Positions 54,856-64,000 of a stretch of 64,000 bases of DNA are shown here, in pieces; the first letter of the stretch is position 1, and the number at the start of each line of letters is the position of its first letter. Origin of the DNA: a virus. Its lineage: Duplodnaviria; Caudoviricetes. The DNA lies in IMG/VR virus record IMGVR_UViG_3300012665_000962, positions 1 through 64,000 of that record; one strand, written 5' to 3'. The notes under the pieces were generated by a model. That model made no database searches. It saw only the letters and a list, made by a program, of their open reading frames with translations, and was not told the origin of the DNA. Both the position numbers and the translations under genes were made by a program.

Positions 54856-57800
54856 TTATCCTAAATCTCTACCTATATCCTGCCAATCTAACTGTGAATT
54901 AAAGCTGTCTGCAAACATACTCCACGCAGTCATATACCCGCCCTGCCCCTTTTTAAATACCATGGGCACAGTTATTTGATTTCTAATGCCTGTGGTATTT
55001 CCAATGCTGTCAGGACCAATAGATACTGTACCAGCAATAAGTCTACCTGTAGCAGCATCTGATCCACCGCCTGAAATGCGTCGACCAATATATGCTTTAA
55101 TTGCTTTTTGTGTCGGCACAATATTATTTGAATCTGCGGTAAACGTAGCATCTGTGGAAAATTCACGAATAACAACACCAGTTCCGCCAACTCTAATACC
55201 GCCCAACCTAATTTCTGACAACCCACTTAAATCAAAATAATCGGCGCTAATTGTAATAACACCTGTTGCCTGTTCAACCGCAAATAATTCACCAACTCGG
55301 AAGTTACCGTCTTGGTCAGTACTGGTGTAGAACACACGACCTCCACCACGATAATACACTTCTTTATCTGGTTGGAAATTGTTAACTGAGGTTAACGGGT
55401 AGTTTGTGTCAACAAAATTTCCAGTACCAATTTCTAAGAAGTCGTGACCAGTTAAACGAACCTGGCTGTATTTTTCTCTTATAACTACATCAACTCCGTT
55501 AATTGGAGCATTTGTTCTAGTAAAAGCTGGGCTTATTCTTATAGCAACTCTCGCTGTCGGCGGTGTTCCACTGAGTAAAGCGATAGTTAAAACTCTATAA
55601 ACAATATCAGTAGATCCGTCAGGTGCTACTGCTGCCAATGGCCCTGTGCCCACTGCTACAAACACGTTTGCGCCAGCAGCAAATGATTTTACTGATGATA
55701 ACGCAATTGAACGAGTTTTCCATATTAGCCCGTCAGATGATGTTATAAAGGTTCCAACACTGCTGGCTAGGAGATATTTTCCGTTTGCGTGTATTAACGT
55801 TGACCAAGTAGCACTTACTGGCAGTGTTATTTCGTTCCATGATGTTCCATCGTCTGTGGTATAGGCAAGTTTGTCTGAACCTGCTGCTACTGTTATAAAC
55901 TGACCAGCATAAAATGACACTAAACTCCACGAGGCCGAGCTAGGTAATGCTTTGCCGTTCCAATCAATGCCGTTACTTGAAGTTGCTGCCACGGTACCAC
56001 CAGAGGCCACTGCCATAAACAATCCGTTGCCAATGCCAAGACCGGTCCAGTCTGCGTTAGCAGGCATATTTGATTCTAACCAAGTTTGCCCATCTAAAGA
56101 ATAAGCAGCTTTATTAGTTCCAGACGCAATGGCTACAAATACGCCACTACCAAAAATTACTGTTTTCCAACTTCGTGCTGCTGGCAATGCTGCTGAAAAC
56201 CATGTGATTCCATTTGTAGAATATGCTGCTTCAGTTGATAATGTTGATATTGCTACATATTTTCCATTTCCATACGCTATACCGCACCATGCTGCTGATG
56301 CTGGAAGTGTTGCTGAGCTCCACGAAGACCCGTTTACAGAATATGCTGCGCCGGTTGTGGGTGAGCCAGATACTCCTGCTACCGCAACAAACTTATCTCC
56401 ATACACAACACTAGACCATAAATTAGTAACAGGCATATTGCTGTTTTCCCAAGCTATAAGATCTAGTGTAAGATTCGCACCTGTTCTTGGAATTCTAGTA
56501 ACATTATCAAGAATTAAATTTTGACCAACTGGCAGTATATCAGCAAAACCGTCACCTGACACTGTTACTATTGTCGTAGAGGTCTTGTATCCAATGCCTC
56601 GATTAATAAATGTTGGATTTCCAAGGACACCGTTAGCTAAACGGCATTCAAAATCTGCGGACGAGGTTATGTTAGGGTCTGTTAAGGTCAATGTTGGTTC
56701 TGTGCCTGTATATCCGCTGCCTGGATCCCATAATTTTACTAGAGAAATTCTTCCACCGTTGACTTCAACACGACCTCTAGCCTGTGAACCATATGTTATA
56801 AGATTTGCGCTGTTACCGTTAACTGGTAAAGTTATCCATGATCCTATGTTATTGGGGTTTCCAAATGCTAATGCGCTTCGTCCAACGTTCCCTGATACTG
56901 TTTTAACTTCCCAATAAAAACCATCGTCTGAGAATGCTACTGAAGACGTAGTAGATGACGATATTGCTAAAAACTTTCCTTGGCCGTAGGCTACTTTAGC
57001 CCAATTAGACGATACTGGTATTTGTGTATCGCTCCCAACCCAATCAATACCGTTAAAACTAATAGCCACTCTAGTGTCACCAGAAGCAACGGCAACAAAT
57101 CTACCATTTCCGTAAGTAACCGAAGTCCATGTTAGCGATCTTGGTAATGTTGCTGTGTTCCAAGCAATACCGTCTAAACTGTATGCGGCTGCTGAACTAG
57201 TAGTTCTGATTGCTACAAATTTTCCACCACCGTAAGCCACAGATGCCCAAATCCCTGGAGATGGTAAAGTTGCGCTAGACCATGTTATCCCGTCTAAGCT
57301 GTACGCTGCGGTAGTTCCTGACGTTGCCGATATCGCTACAAATTTTCCGCCGCCGTAAGTGATGTCGGCCCAGTTTGAAACTGTTCCGGCCATTGTTCCA
57401 GAAGTCCAACTAGCACCAGTTGACGAATATGCTGTTACTGCCGGATTTCCTATACTATCAACGTTAGTAGCTATGGCTACAAATTTATCGTTGCCGTAAT
57501 GTATTGCTGAATATGTTCCGCCTGTAGGTATTGGTAGTGTAACTGTTGAAAACACGTCACCGTCATATGTTAATAGTGTTCCAGATTGCGATAATAAGGC
57601 CCATTTTCCTGCGCCATACGCAGCATCGACCCAGGTTAACCCGCCACCTGCTACTGATAATCCTGATTCGGAATAAGGTGGCAAACTAAATGTTGGTCTT
57701 GGTTCTATACGATAGACCGACGTTGTATCTAATAACGGAATATTAGTAGTACCGGCATTAACATGACTCCACCCTGCTCGATCAATATACATCAAACCTA

Positions 57801-60800
57801 TTTGAGTAGTTAATGTCTCTGGGGTCCCGAGTACGCCGCTAGTACTAACTGAGAATTGTGTAGATGAAAAATTCTCAGTGGTCACCCAATACAATTGACC
57901 ATGACTTAATCCTCCTAACATTCCACCTGCTGTACCGTTAATAGTAGCAACCGCGTTAGTTAAAGGAAACACTCCGCCGCCATTAGTTGTGCTTATGGTG
58001 ATTTGTGTGCCATTTGAAATTATTGACTGAACATAATATACAGTAGTGCCTGAGATTACTCCAATTGGGCCTTCAAATTGTATAGGCATGCCAACAACGA
58101 GCCCAGCATTGCTGTTTAATGTTACACGATTAGTGCCTATAGATGTAGCAGTAATAACAACATTTATAGTTTCGTAACTAAGATAAACCGGCATACCTGG
58201 ATATAACCCTGTGGTATCGGCTAATATTCGATTATTTGTTGAACTAGTAGATGTAGAAGTTATTGTTTGAAGGTGTTCGCTGGCTACGCTTATGACTTTA
58301 GATACAGTATTGTAGGAAACTACTTTACCGTATTGGCCAGTTCCGGTACCACTTTGTATTATAATTCTACAGCCGTAGTAGGTAGTGATATCGTTTTGAT
58401 CACCTGTAGCAATAGTCACAGTATACTCGTTGCCTGCTTGAGCATTATTTCCTGTTGATATATATCCACCGCCACCTATACTACCGGTAGAATCAACAGG
58501 ATCTAAAATCCTTGCTTCAAAAATTGCGTTATCTCTGATTTCATCGCCAATTACTTGAGCGTTAACACCTGATCCAGTAAAGGCAAAATTAGCAGAAGTG
58601 TAATTCTGACCAGCATTTGAAAATTCTAATTTTAATATTTCATCATTGGCTTCACCTGAAAACGCAGCTCGAATTTGTGCTTCTTGTGTTTGATTATTGA
58701 TAACTCCGCTGATTGGTAATTCATCTTCTGCTACGCCTTCAGCAACACAGCCATATGTACCATATGAGCTGTTACCGTTGGTAGCACGAATTTTACCGCC
58801 ATTTTCTGCTAGGTAACCAATGTGTCCATAATAAGAGAACACAGACACGAGCTCAGTTAACCCTTTATTTGTACACCATACACCAATACCGTCTGATAAT
58901 ACCTGTGTAAAGTCGTTGGCAACAATTGACCTATTGCCGCCATTATGTATTGCGCCATCAATTTTAAGACCAGTACAGCCATTGCCAAATGTTGTTACGT
59001 TTTGTACATAACAAGATTTGTTGACAATCCATACTGAAGTGTCATCGGGTCCTAGACCCGGATCTAAAGAAACATACGCACCAGCAGTTGGTCGCTGAGT
59101 TAGGTATTGGTTGAATGGGCCTAAAGTTCCGTTCAAACCACGTAGGGTCATATTTCTTATACCCGTTCCGTTGTTAACGTAAAACATATTAGAAAGAGCA
59201 TAACCTTGTGCTGGTTCAATTATAGTACTGCGTAGTTCTTCTCCAACAAGAGCAACATCTCTAGGCACCTTGATCGGCAATTCTTCAGAGTATACTCCAA
59301 CTTTAATAAAAATAGTTGCTGGTCCTATAATACTATCACAGGCATACTTAACTGTGCGCCACGGAGCATTAATTGTTGTACCATAAGTTGGTTGATCGAC
59401 CCCATCAAGACTAACATAATATACTTTTTCTACTAACTGAAATGAAGCCCAGTCTGGTTCATTAGAGGAAGTTACCTGTAGTGCTTGGCCATCGATGCCA
59501 ATTGGAAGATTAGTGTTTCCAATACTTGAGCCGTCTTCAGTAACTCCGTAAAATTTTAAATCGCCTTGCTCTCTTAGGGAATTAAATTCATCGCCTTCAT
59601 TGACCAATGTCCATAATCCGCTAGCATCAACATCAGGTCTTGTTGCTAAATTAGAAGTATGTTTAACTAAACATCGATATGTGTTACTTTGAAAAGTTAA
59701 CATATCTCCAATAACATAGTTGGTACCAGTTTGCCAACGAGTTTGCCATTTTTCGCCAGGAATAACTAATTCCCAATTAACAGCATCGTCGTTAGGATCT
59801 GTCGTAGTATCGTTTACTGCTACGTATAGTTGACCGCTTCGGCGCAGTACGTCTCCTACTCTGTACGCTGTTGCTGTGGCCCATTCGCCTTGGATTTTAA
59901 ACCCTTTAGTCAGCAACTCCCAATTATCTAAAGTACTGTCACCAAGAGCTGTAGATGGTATTGAATTTATGTTATTTCGAAGGGCATAATAAGAATACCC
60001 TCCGTACTTAACCACATCACCCTTTTGATATATTGTTGTAGAATCCCAAGTATTATCATATTCAAATCCTGGTACATAGATAATCCACTTAGTAAGGTCA
60101 AATGTATCTTCTGAAGTATGACCTTCAGAACAAATCCAAATGCCTGCTCCCCATTTTACAATATCATTTAATTTATATCTATATCCTGGTGAGGGTGTGA
60201 TGCCTGTAATCTCAGGAACCCAATCTCCTAGATATTCTATTCCTTCTTGAACAATTTCCCATTTAGTTAATGTGCTGTCAAGCAAATCTAAATCAATTTC
60301 AAGACCAATACTAACAGTTGCCGCAGATGTATGAGCAATACTGCAACGATAAACAATTCCGCCGTATTTTACTATATCGTTAACTTTGTATTTTGTACTG
60401 ACTGCCCAGTTTCCTTTCCATTGCTCGGAAGGAACTACAACTTCCCAAGATCCTTGATTCCCCTCGAGCCCAGATGTCAGAGAAGCACTGATATGATCAA
60501 ATATACAGCGATAAACTATGCCGCCCCATTTTACTATATCATTGAGTGAATATTTGGTGTTAGGTGTCCAATCGCCAGTCCATTCTTCGGTTCTAGCATA
60601 CGGAGCCCAATTAACAAAACTGCCTTCAAGACCAACTGTACTGCTTAAAGATGTGTGTCGATTAACACAGATGTAAACAATGCCTCGGTATTTTACTAGA
60701 TCGCCGTTGTTATAAAAAGTAAGAGGGGTCCAATCACCTTGCCATTCGTATCCGTCAAACATTAATTGCCATTGCGGATCGGCAGTTATTGGAACTGTAG

Positions 60801-60972
60801 TTGTGTTTTGTTTTTCTAAGTCAGTGTAAAAATTTGGTGATGATGTGTGTCCATGTAAACATACAAAGGATTTTGCTCCGTATCTAACAATATCATCTTT
60901 GACATAGTTAAAACTAGGTGCCCAATCACCTAACCAGGTAAATTTTATTCTACTTATTTTAAATTCGGCCAT
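54856..60972 (-). CDS. Giant virion/fibre protein B (2038 aa), paralog of 48530-54802, with two Asp-box propeller blocks
   Basis: Same N-terminus (MAEFK...I.F.W.G.W), shared core and C-terminal RLTGHDFL.IGTGNF...TSTDQDGNFRVG.LF. Confidence 0.8.
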   Translation of the reverse strand: MAEFKISRIKFTWLGDWAPSFNYVKDDIVRYGAKSFVCLHGHTSSPNFYTDLEKQNTTTVPITADPQWQLMFDGYEWQGDWTPLTFYNNGDLVKYRGIVYICVNRHTSLSSTVGLEGSFVNWAPYARTEEWTGDWTPNTKYSLNDIVKWGGIVYRCIFDHISASLTSGLEGNQGSWEVVVPSEQWKGNWAVSTKYKVNDIVKYGGIVYRCSIAHTSAATVSIGLEIDLDLLDSTLTKWEIVQEGIEYLGDWVPEITGITPSPGYRYKLNDIVKWGAGIWICSEGHTSEDTFDLTKWIIYVPGFEYDNTWDSTTIYQKGDVVKYGGYSYYALRNNINSIPSTALGDSTLDNWELLTKGFKIQGEWATATAYRVGDVLRRSGQLYVAVNDTTTDPNDDAVNWELVIPGEKWQTRWQTGTNYVIGDMLTFQSNTYRCLVKHTSNLATRPDVDASGLWTLVNEGDEFNSLREQGDLKFYGVTEDGSSIGNTNLPIGIDGQALQVTSSNEPDWASFQLVEKVYYVSLDGVDQPTYGTTINAPWRTVKYACDSIIGPATIFIKVGVYSEELPIKVPRDVALVGEELRSTIIEPAQGYALSNMFYVNNGTGIRNMTLRGLNGTLGPFNQYLTQRPTAGAYVSLDPGLGPDDTSVWIVNKSCYVQNVTTFGNGCTGLKIDGAIHNGGNRSIVANDFTQVLSDGIGVWCTNKGLTELVSVFSYYGHIGYLAENGGKIRATNGNSSYGTYGCVAEGVAEDELPISGVINNQTQEAQIRAAFSGEANDEILKLEFSNAGQNYTSANFAFTGSGVNAQVIGDEIRDNAIFEARILDPVDSTGSIGGGGYISTGNNAQAGNEYTVTIATGDQNDITTYYGCRIIIQSGTGTGQYGKVVSYNTVSKVISVASEHLQTITSTSTSSTNNRILADTTGLYPGMPVYLSYETINVVITATSIGTNRVTLNSNAGLVVGMPIQFEGPIGVISGTTVYYVQSIISNGTQITISTTNGGGVFPLTNAVATINGTAGGMLGGLSHGQLYWVTTENFSSTQFSVSTSGVLGTPETLTTQIGLMYIDRAGWSHVNAGTTNIPLLDTTSVYRIEPRPTFSLPPYSESGLSVAGGGLTWVDAAYGAGKWALLSQSGTLLTYDGDVFSTVTLPIPTGGTYSAIHYGNDKFVAIATNVDSIGNPAVTAYSSTGASWTSGTMAGTVSNWADITYGGGKFVAISATSGTTAAYSLDGITWSSATLPSPGIWASVAYGGGKFVAIRTTSSAAAYSLDGIAWNTATLPRSLTWTSVTYGNGRFVAVASGDTRVAISFNGIDWVGSDTQIPVSSNWAKVAYGQGKFLAISSSTTSSVAFSDDGFYWEVKTVSGNVGRSALAFGNPNNIGSWITLPVNGNSANLITYGSQARGRVEVNGGRISLVKLWDPGSGYTGTEPTLTLTDPNITSSADFECRLANGVLGNPTFINRGIGYKTSTTIVTVSGDGFADILPVGQNLILDNVTRIPRTGANLTLDLIAWENSNMPVTNLWSSVVYGDKFVAVAGVSGSPTTGAAYSVNGSSWSSATLPASAAWCGIAYGNGKYVAISTLSTEAAYSTNGITWFSAALPAARSWKTVIFGSGVFVAIASGTNKAAYSLDGQTWLESNMPANADWTGLGIGNGLFMAVASGGTVAATSSNGIDWNGKALPSSASWSLVSFYAGQFITVAAGSDKLAYTTDDGTSWNEITLPVSATWSTLIHANGKYLLASSVGTFITSSDGLIWKTRSIALSSVKSFAAGANVFVAVGTGPLAAVAPDGSTDIVYRVLTIALLSGTPPTARVAIRISPAFTRTNAPINGVDVVIREKYSQVRLTGHDFLEIGTGNFVDTNYPLTSVNNFQPDKEVYYRGGGRVFYTSTDQDGNFRVGELFAVEQATGVITISADYFDLSGLSEIRLGGIRVGGTGVVIREFSTDATFTADSNNIVPTQKAIKAYIGRRISGGGSDAATGRLIAGTVSIGPDSIGNTTGIRNQITVPMVFKKGQGGYMTAWSMFADSFNSQLDWQDIGRDLG

Positions 60973-60994
60973 TGTTTATCTCTTAAATTTCAAA

Positions 60995-61002
60995 TATTTA
61001 TA
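60995..61002 (-). promoter_or_regulatory. Late promoter TATAAATA overlapping upstream stop
   Basis: Exact T4 late consensus on the minus strand. Confidence 0.7.
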
Positions 61003-61360
61003 TACCTGCTGGGTACGTGTAATTTTCGTTAATTCTTATAACTAGCTGTCCATCGTCGTCAATGTAATAAAACACGTCTCTACCGTCCCAACGATATTGT
61101 TCGTATTTGATGTTAGCGTACACTAACTGATGTGTTACATCTCTTCCTTCAGTAAAATCTATGCCCAATTCAAAATCGTTGTAGTTGTCTTCTGAGGATC
61201 CTGGGTTATTAACTGTGATAACATCGTCAGCTCGTAATTGATCTAATTTTCCCATATACAGCTCACCGTCGTCGGTTCTTCTTAAACCATAAAAATATCG
61301 CTGAACACCCTCACCTAAAAGATTTTGTAGATTAACATCACCAACATAATATGTAGACAT
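60998..61360 (-). CDS. Hypothetical protein, 120 aa
   Basis: ORF with AAGGA SD; ends YIDDDGQLVIRINENYTYPAGI. Confidence 0.7.
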   Translation of the reverse strand: MSTYYVGDVNLQNLLGEGVQRYFYGLRRTDDGELYMGKLDQLRADDVITVNNPGSSEDNYNDFELGIDFTEGRDVTHQLVYANIKYEQYRWDGRDVFYYIDDDGQLVIRINENYTYPAGI

Positions 61361-61369
61361 GATTTTTCC

Positions 61370-61699
61370 TTATACTAACTCAACGTAACTGACAACAACA
61401 TCAATAGCATTATCTGTATCCGACTCTGCGTAGATAGCATTATTCTCTGCTAAAACTAATTTTTCACCACCGTTAACAATACGAGCACTCTGATATGGCG
61501 GTAAAGTTATATCTTTTATGTAATACCCCATGACTGAACTAGCGTCTTCAATTAACACACTGACTCTTACAGTGGCTGTGGTCAAATTACAAAGACTAAA
61601 TCCAATAACTGTAATACGACTAGCTGGCTGAGTTTCAATCAACCGAGTCCTTGTGGTTCCTAATTCGTTTACAATTTTATTTCTAAAAAATGTTGCCAT
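61370..61699 (-). CDS. Small structural-type protein, 109 aa, paralog of 48198-48518
   Basis: VIGFSLCNLT...VRVSV, GGEKLVL, DVVVSYVE. Confidence 0.7.
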   Translation of the reverse strand: MATFFRNKIVNELGTTRTRLIETQPASRITVIGFSLCNLTTATVRVSVLIEDASSVMGYYIKDITLPPYQSARIVNGGEKLVLAENNAIYAESDTDNAIDVVVSYVELV

Positions 61700-61704
61700 G
61701 AGTA

Positions 61705-64000
61705 TTATCCAAAAATAAGTGCGTTTCTAATTGCGATATCTTCTGCTTCTGTTATTGTTACGCCGCCGCCTGCGCCAGCAGCTGAAATCCATTGTGTTCC
61801 ATCATAAATTTCAACACGATTATCAGTGGTGTTGAAACGTATCATACCTGTTTCTACGTAAGCACCACGTTGACTGTCTTCACCGCTTGGTATTACAAAT
61901 CCAGTGGTACCTGAGATTTTAAAATAACCAAGGCCTGTTTGATTGAAAAAAGTAACACTATCAGCTACTGTATTAGTTATCGTATTTTGTTTAAAGGCAA
62001 AATTACCAATAACTGTGGATCCAGTGCCGTTTGGAGCAAATATTATATCAGCGTCAGGCGCTGTAGTTGATATAGTTGTGCCGCTGATATTAATATTGTC
62101 AACTTGGACTTCTGGTACATCTAACCTGCTAGCAGTCAACGACGCAGTCAGCGAACCGTTATTATAAAATCGTATAGTATTGTCGTTTGCCCCTGGAGTA
62201 AGCTCGGCAGTGATATATGTGTTTCTATCAACATCCCATACTCCGTCTAATCTACGCCAGTAAGTTCCGTCAAAGCCTTCGTAGCCACCAATATCTGTGT
62301 TGAAACGCACCATACCAGCTTGGCCAACAGGGCGTTGTAATTCAGTGCCCGCTGGTAATCTTAAACTCTGTGTAGAGTTTATGGTTACTATTCCAGTGCC
62401 GTTTGGCTGTAACACTAAATCCTCATTGTTTTCAGTACTGATAATATTTTGATTAACAAATACCTGTTCAATTTCAATAGCGCCAGTTCCGTTGGCACGT
62501 AATTCTAAATTAGCGTTGGATACTGTGGTTTCTATCAAATTACCATTTATTCTAATGGCATTGGTTCGTAGAGTTGGTGCTGATACTTGATTACTAGCTG
62601 TAAGATTTGCGGTAGTAGTGTTTTCAGTTACAGATAAATTTTGTGTAATTTCAACATTATTGTTTGGAATTAAAACTACTCCAGTACCTGCTGCTTGGAA
62701 TAGTAAATCGTTACTGCCTATTGTAGTAGTAATTACATTATTTTCAACACGGATATCTTTAAATTGTGCTGCGCCGTCAACAGTTAAAATTCCTGTAAGA
62801 TTGTAAGCACCAGTTTGATTTACTGTACCTGTTTGTGTAGTATTACCTGTTTGTGTTAGTGTGCCTACGAGTGTGGTGTTTGCCAGCACAGTTGAGTTTG
62901 TCACTGTTAGGTTTTGGCCTAGTGTGACATTATTGTTAGGAATTAATACTGTACCTGCGCCGTGCGCTCTAAGTTCTAGATTACTATTGCTTAGAGTAGT
63001 CTGTATTAAGTTACCTTCGATAACTATGTCGCCATCGCTGAACGCATCAGTGTTTAGTGTTTGATTTACTGTAAGTGTGCCAGCAGTAATATTACCTAAG
63101 ACTGTTAAATTTTGTTCAACTAATACATTATTGCTCGGAACGTAGACTCTACCAGTACCAGCAGCTTCTAATGTAAGATCATTATTGCCAATAGTAGTAG
63201 TAATAACATTGTTATCTATGTTAATGTCATAGAATTGTGTTTCACCTGTTACTGATAAGTTTCCGTTAAGTGTAAAATTACCAGTCTGTGTAAATGTGCC
63301 AGTTTGATTAAAGTCACCGACTTGGGTTATTGTTCCAGTTACTGTAGAATTATTAAGATACGTAGTTCCGTCAACGGTAAGATTATTGTTTATCTGTACA
63401 TTGTTAGTTGGAACTAGAACTTGTCCTGTGCCGTTAGCACGTAATTCTAAATCACTGTTGCTAACTGTAGTTCTAATTAAGTTTCCAGCTAGCTCTATAT
63501 CGCCATTGCTCAACACAGGAGCAGTCATGGTGCCTATAGTATTGATGTTGTAGGCTGTGAGGTCACCTAGCACAGTAAGATTTTGATCTATCTGTACATT
63601 ATTATTTGGTATGTATATCTTGCCAGTGCCACTGGCATCTAATACTAGATCAGTACCTAACGTAGTGCTGACTGTATTGTCGTTAATTCTTACATCTTTA
63701 AACTGCGCTACTTCACTGATGTTGATTGAGCCAGTTAGTGTATAGTCGCCAGTTTGATTTGTGTCGCCAGTTTGATTTAACGTTCCAGTGTGTGTTAATG
63801 TGCCATCAATTTGTGTATCATCTAGAGTAGTGTTGCCTAACACTGTAAGGTTGTTGGCAATCTGTAGATTGTTTGATGGTATGTTAACAACACCAGTACC
63901 ATTAGCAGACAATTCTAAATCACTGTTGCTCAGCGTTGTTTTTATTAAGTTTCCAGAAACAACAATGTCGCCTGTGCCAAATTCCGGAGCAGTAATCGAA
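61705..64000 (-). CDS. Long repetitive tail-fibre-like protein, 5' truncated by the window edge
   Basis: Frame stays open from TTG 63912 to 63999 (SITAPEFGTGDIVVSGNLIKTTLSNSDLEL); ~157-aa repeats; C-terminal GMIRFNT....E.YDG..W motifs. Confidence 0.8.
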   Translation of the reverse strand, partial: SITAPEFGTGDIVVSGNLIKTTLSNSDLELSANGTGVVNIPSNNLQIANNLTVLGNTTLDDTQIDGTLTHTGTLNQTGDTNQTGDYTLTGSINISEVAQFKDVRINDNTVSTTLGTDLVLDASGTGKIYIPNNNVQIDQNLTVLGDLTAYNINTIGTMTAPVLSNGDIELAGNLIRTTVSNSDLELRANGTGQVLVPTNNVQINNNLTVDGTTYLNNSTVTGTITQVGDFNQTGTFTQTGNFTLNGNLSVTGETQFYDINIDNNVITTTIGNNDLTLEAAGTGRVYVPSNNVLVEQNLTVLGNITAGTLTVNQTLNTDAFSDGDIVIEGNLIQTTLSNSNLELRAHGAGTVLIPNNNVTLGQNLTVTNSTVLANTTLVGTLTQTGNTTQTGTVNQTGAYNLTGILTVDGAAQFKDIRVENNVITTTIGSNDLLFQAAGTGVVLIPNNNVEITQNLSVTENTTTANLTASNQVSAPTLRTNAIRINGNLIETTVSNANLELRANGTGAIEIEQVFVNQNIISTENNEDLVLQPNGTGIVTINSTQSLRLPAGTELQRPVGQAGMVRFNTDIGGYEGFDGTYWRRLDGVWDVDRNTYITAELTPGANDNTIRFYNNGSLTASLTASRLDVPEVQVDNINISGTTISTTAPDADIIFAPNGTGSTVIGNFAFKQNTITNTVADSVTFFNQTGLGYFKISGTTGFVIPSGEDSQRGAYVETGMIRFNTTDNRVEIYDGTQWISAAGAGGGVTITEAEDIAIRNALIFG

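Noticed and set aside
49600-57640. Regularly spaced DNA repeats resembling a CRISPR array
   Set aside because: They are degenerate, in-frame Asp-box protein repeats inside long ORFs; no cas genes
31356-58458. Many 60-220 aa plus-strand ORFs opposite the giant genes (e.g. 40225-40887, 46439-46942, 49800-50369)
   Set aside because: Antisense shadows of Gly/Thr/Ala-rich minus-strand genes; no SD or promoter and no recognisable motifs
51295-59094. Template/variable repeat pair of a diversity-generating retroelement
   Set aside because: Mismatches are not confined to adenines of one copy, both copies are in conserved coding cores, and no reverse transcriptase is in the window
6754-63912. ORF-track starts at 6754, 13814, 16533, 24972, 27775, 29289, 30181, 30909, 54805 and 63912
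   Set aside because: Downstream ATGs fit promoter spacing, SD position or ATGA coupling better; 63912 is internal because the frame is open to the window edge
1-64000. tRNA, rRNA, photosynthesis genes or alternative genetic code
   Set aside because: No cloverleaf or rRNA-like segments seen, intergenic gaps are short, no psb/cpc/bilin-synthesis genes recognised, and ORFs are full length under the standard code

Overview
The window is a gene-dense 64 kb segment of a large T4-like (myovirus) phage genome, mostly encoded on the minus strand. No tRNA, rRNA, CRISPR array, integrase or transposase was seen. Layout: (1) 50-8446, a glycan-synthesis island with several glycosyltransferases, a four-domain nucleotidyltransferase-cupin-GT8-GT25 fusion, a methyltransferase, an epimerase and a UDP-glucose dehydrogenase; (2) 8443-11245, uvsY, uvsX/recA and gp32 SSB; (3) 11910-27772, packaging, head, tail and neck genes (TerL, TerS-like, gp4, tube, sheath, gp13/14/15-like) plus dNMP kinase; (4) 28396-31243, a five-gene ADP-heptose-type operon; (5) 31283-64000, giant virion/fibre proteins interrupted by a GT9-like glycosyltransferase plus O-carbamoyltransferase unit and three ~10% cysteine paralogs. 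Most notable observations: seven repeats in two giant virion proteins that resemble the bilin-binding C-x-R-D helix of phycobiliproteins; a heptose operon lacking gmhA/gmhB but holding a cupin and a HAD phosphatase in their place; a terminator-insulated late GT9 plus carbamoyltransferase unit suggesting virion glycosylation; and ten genes whose late-promoter-like hexamer sits 4-5 nt before an ATG with no Shine-Dalgarno, implying leaderless mRNAs. All functional calls come from motif recognition by eye, with no database search.
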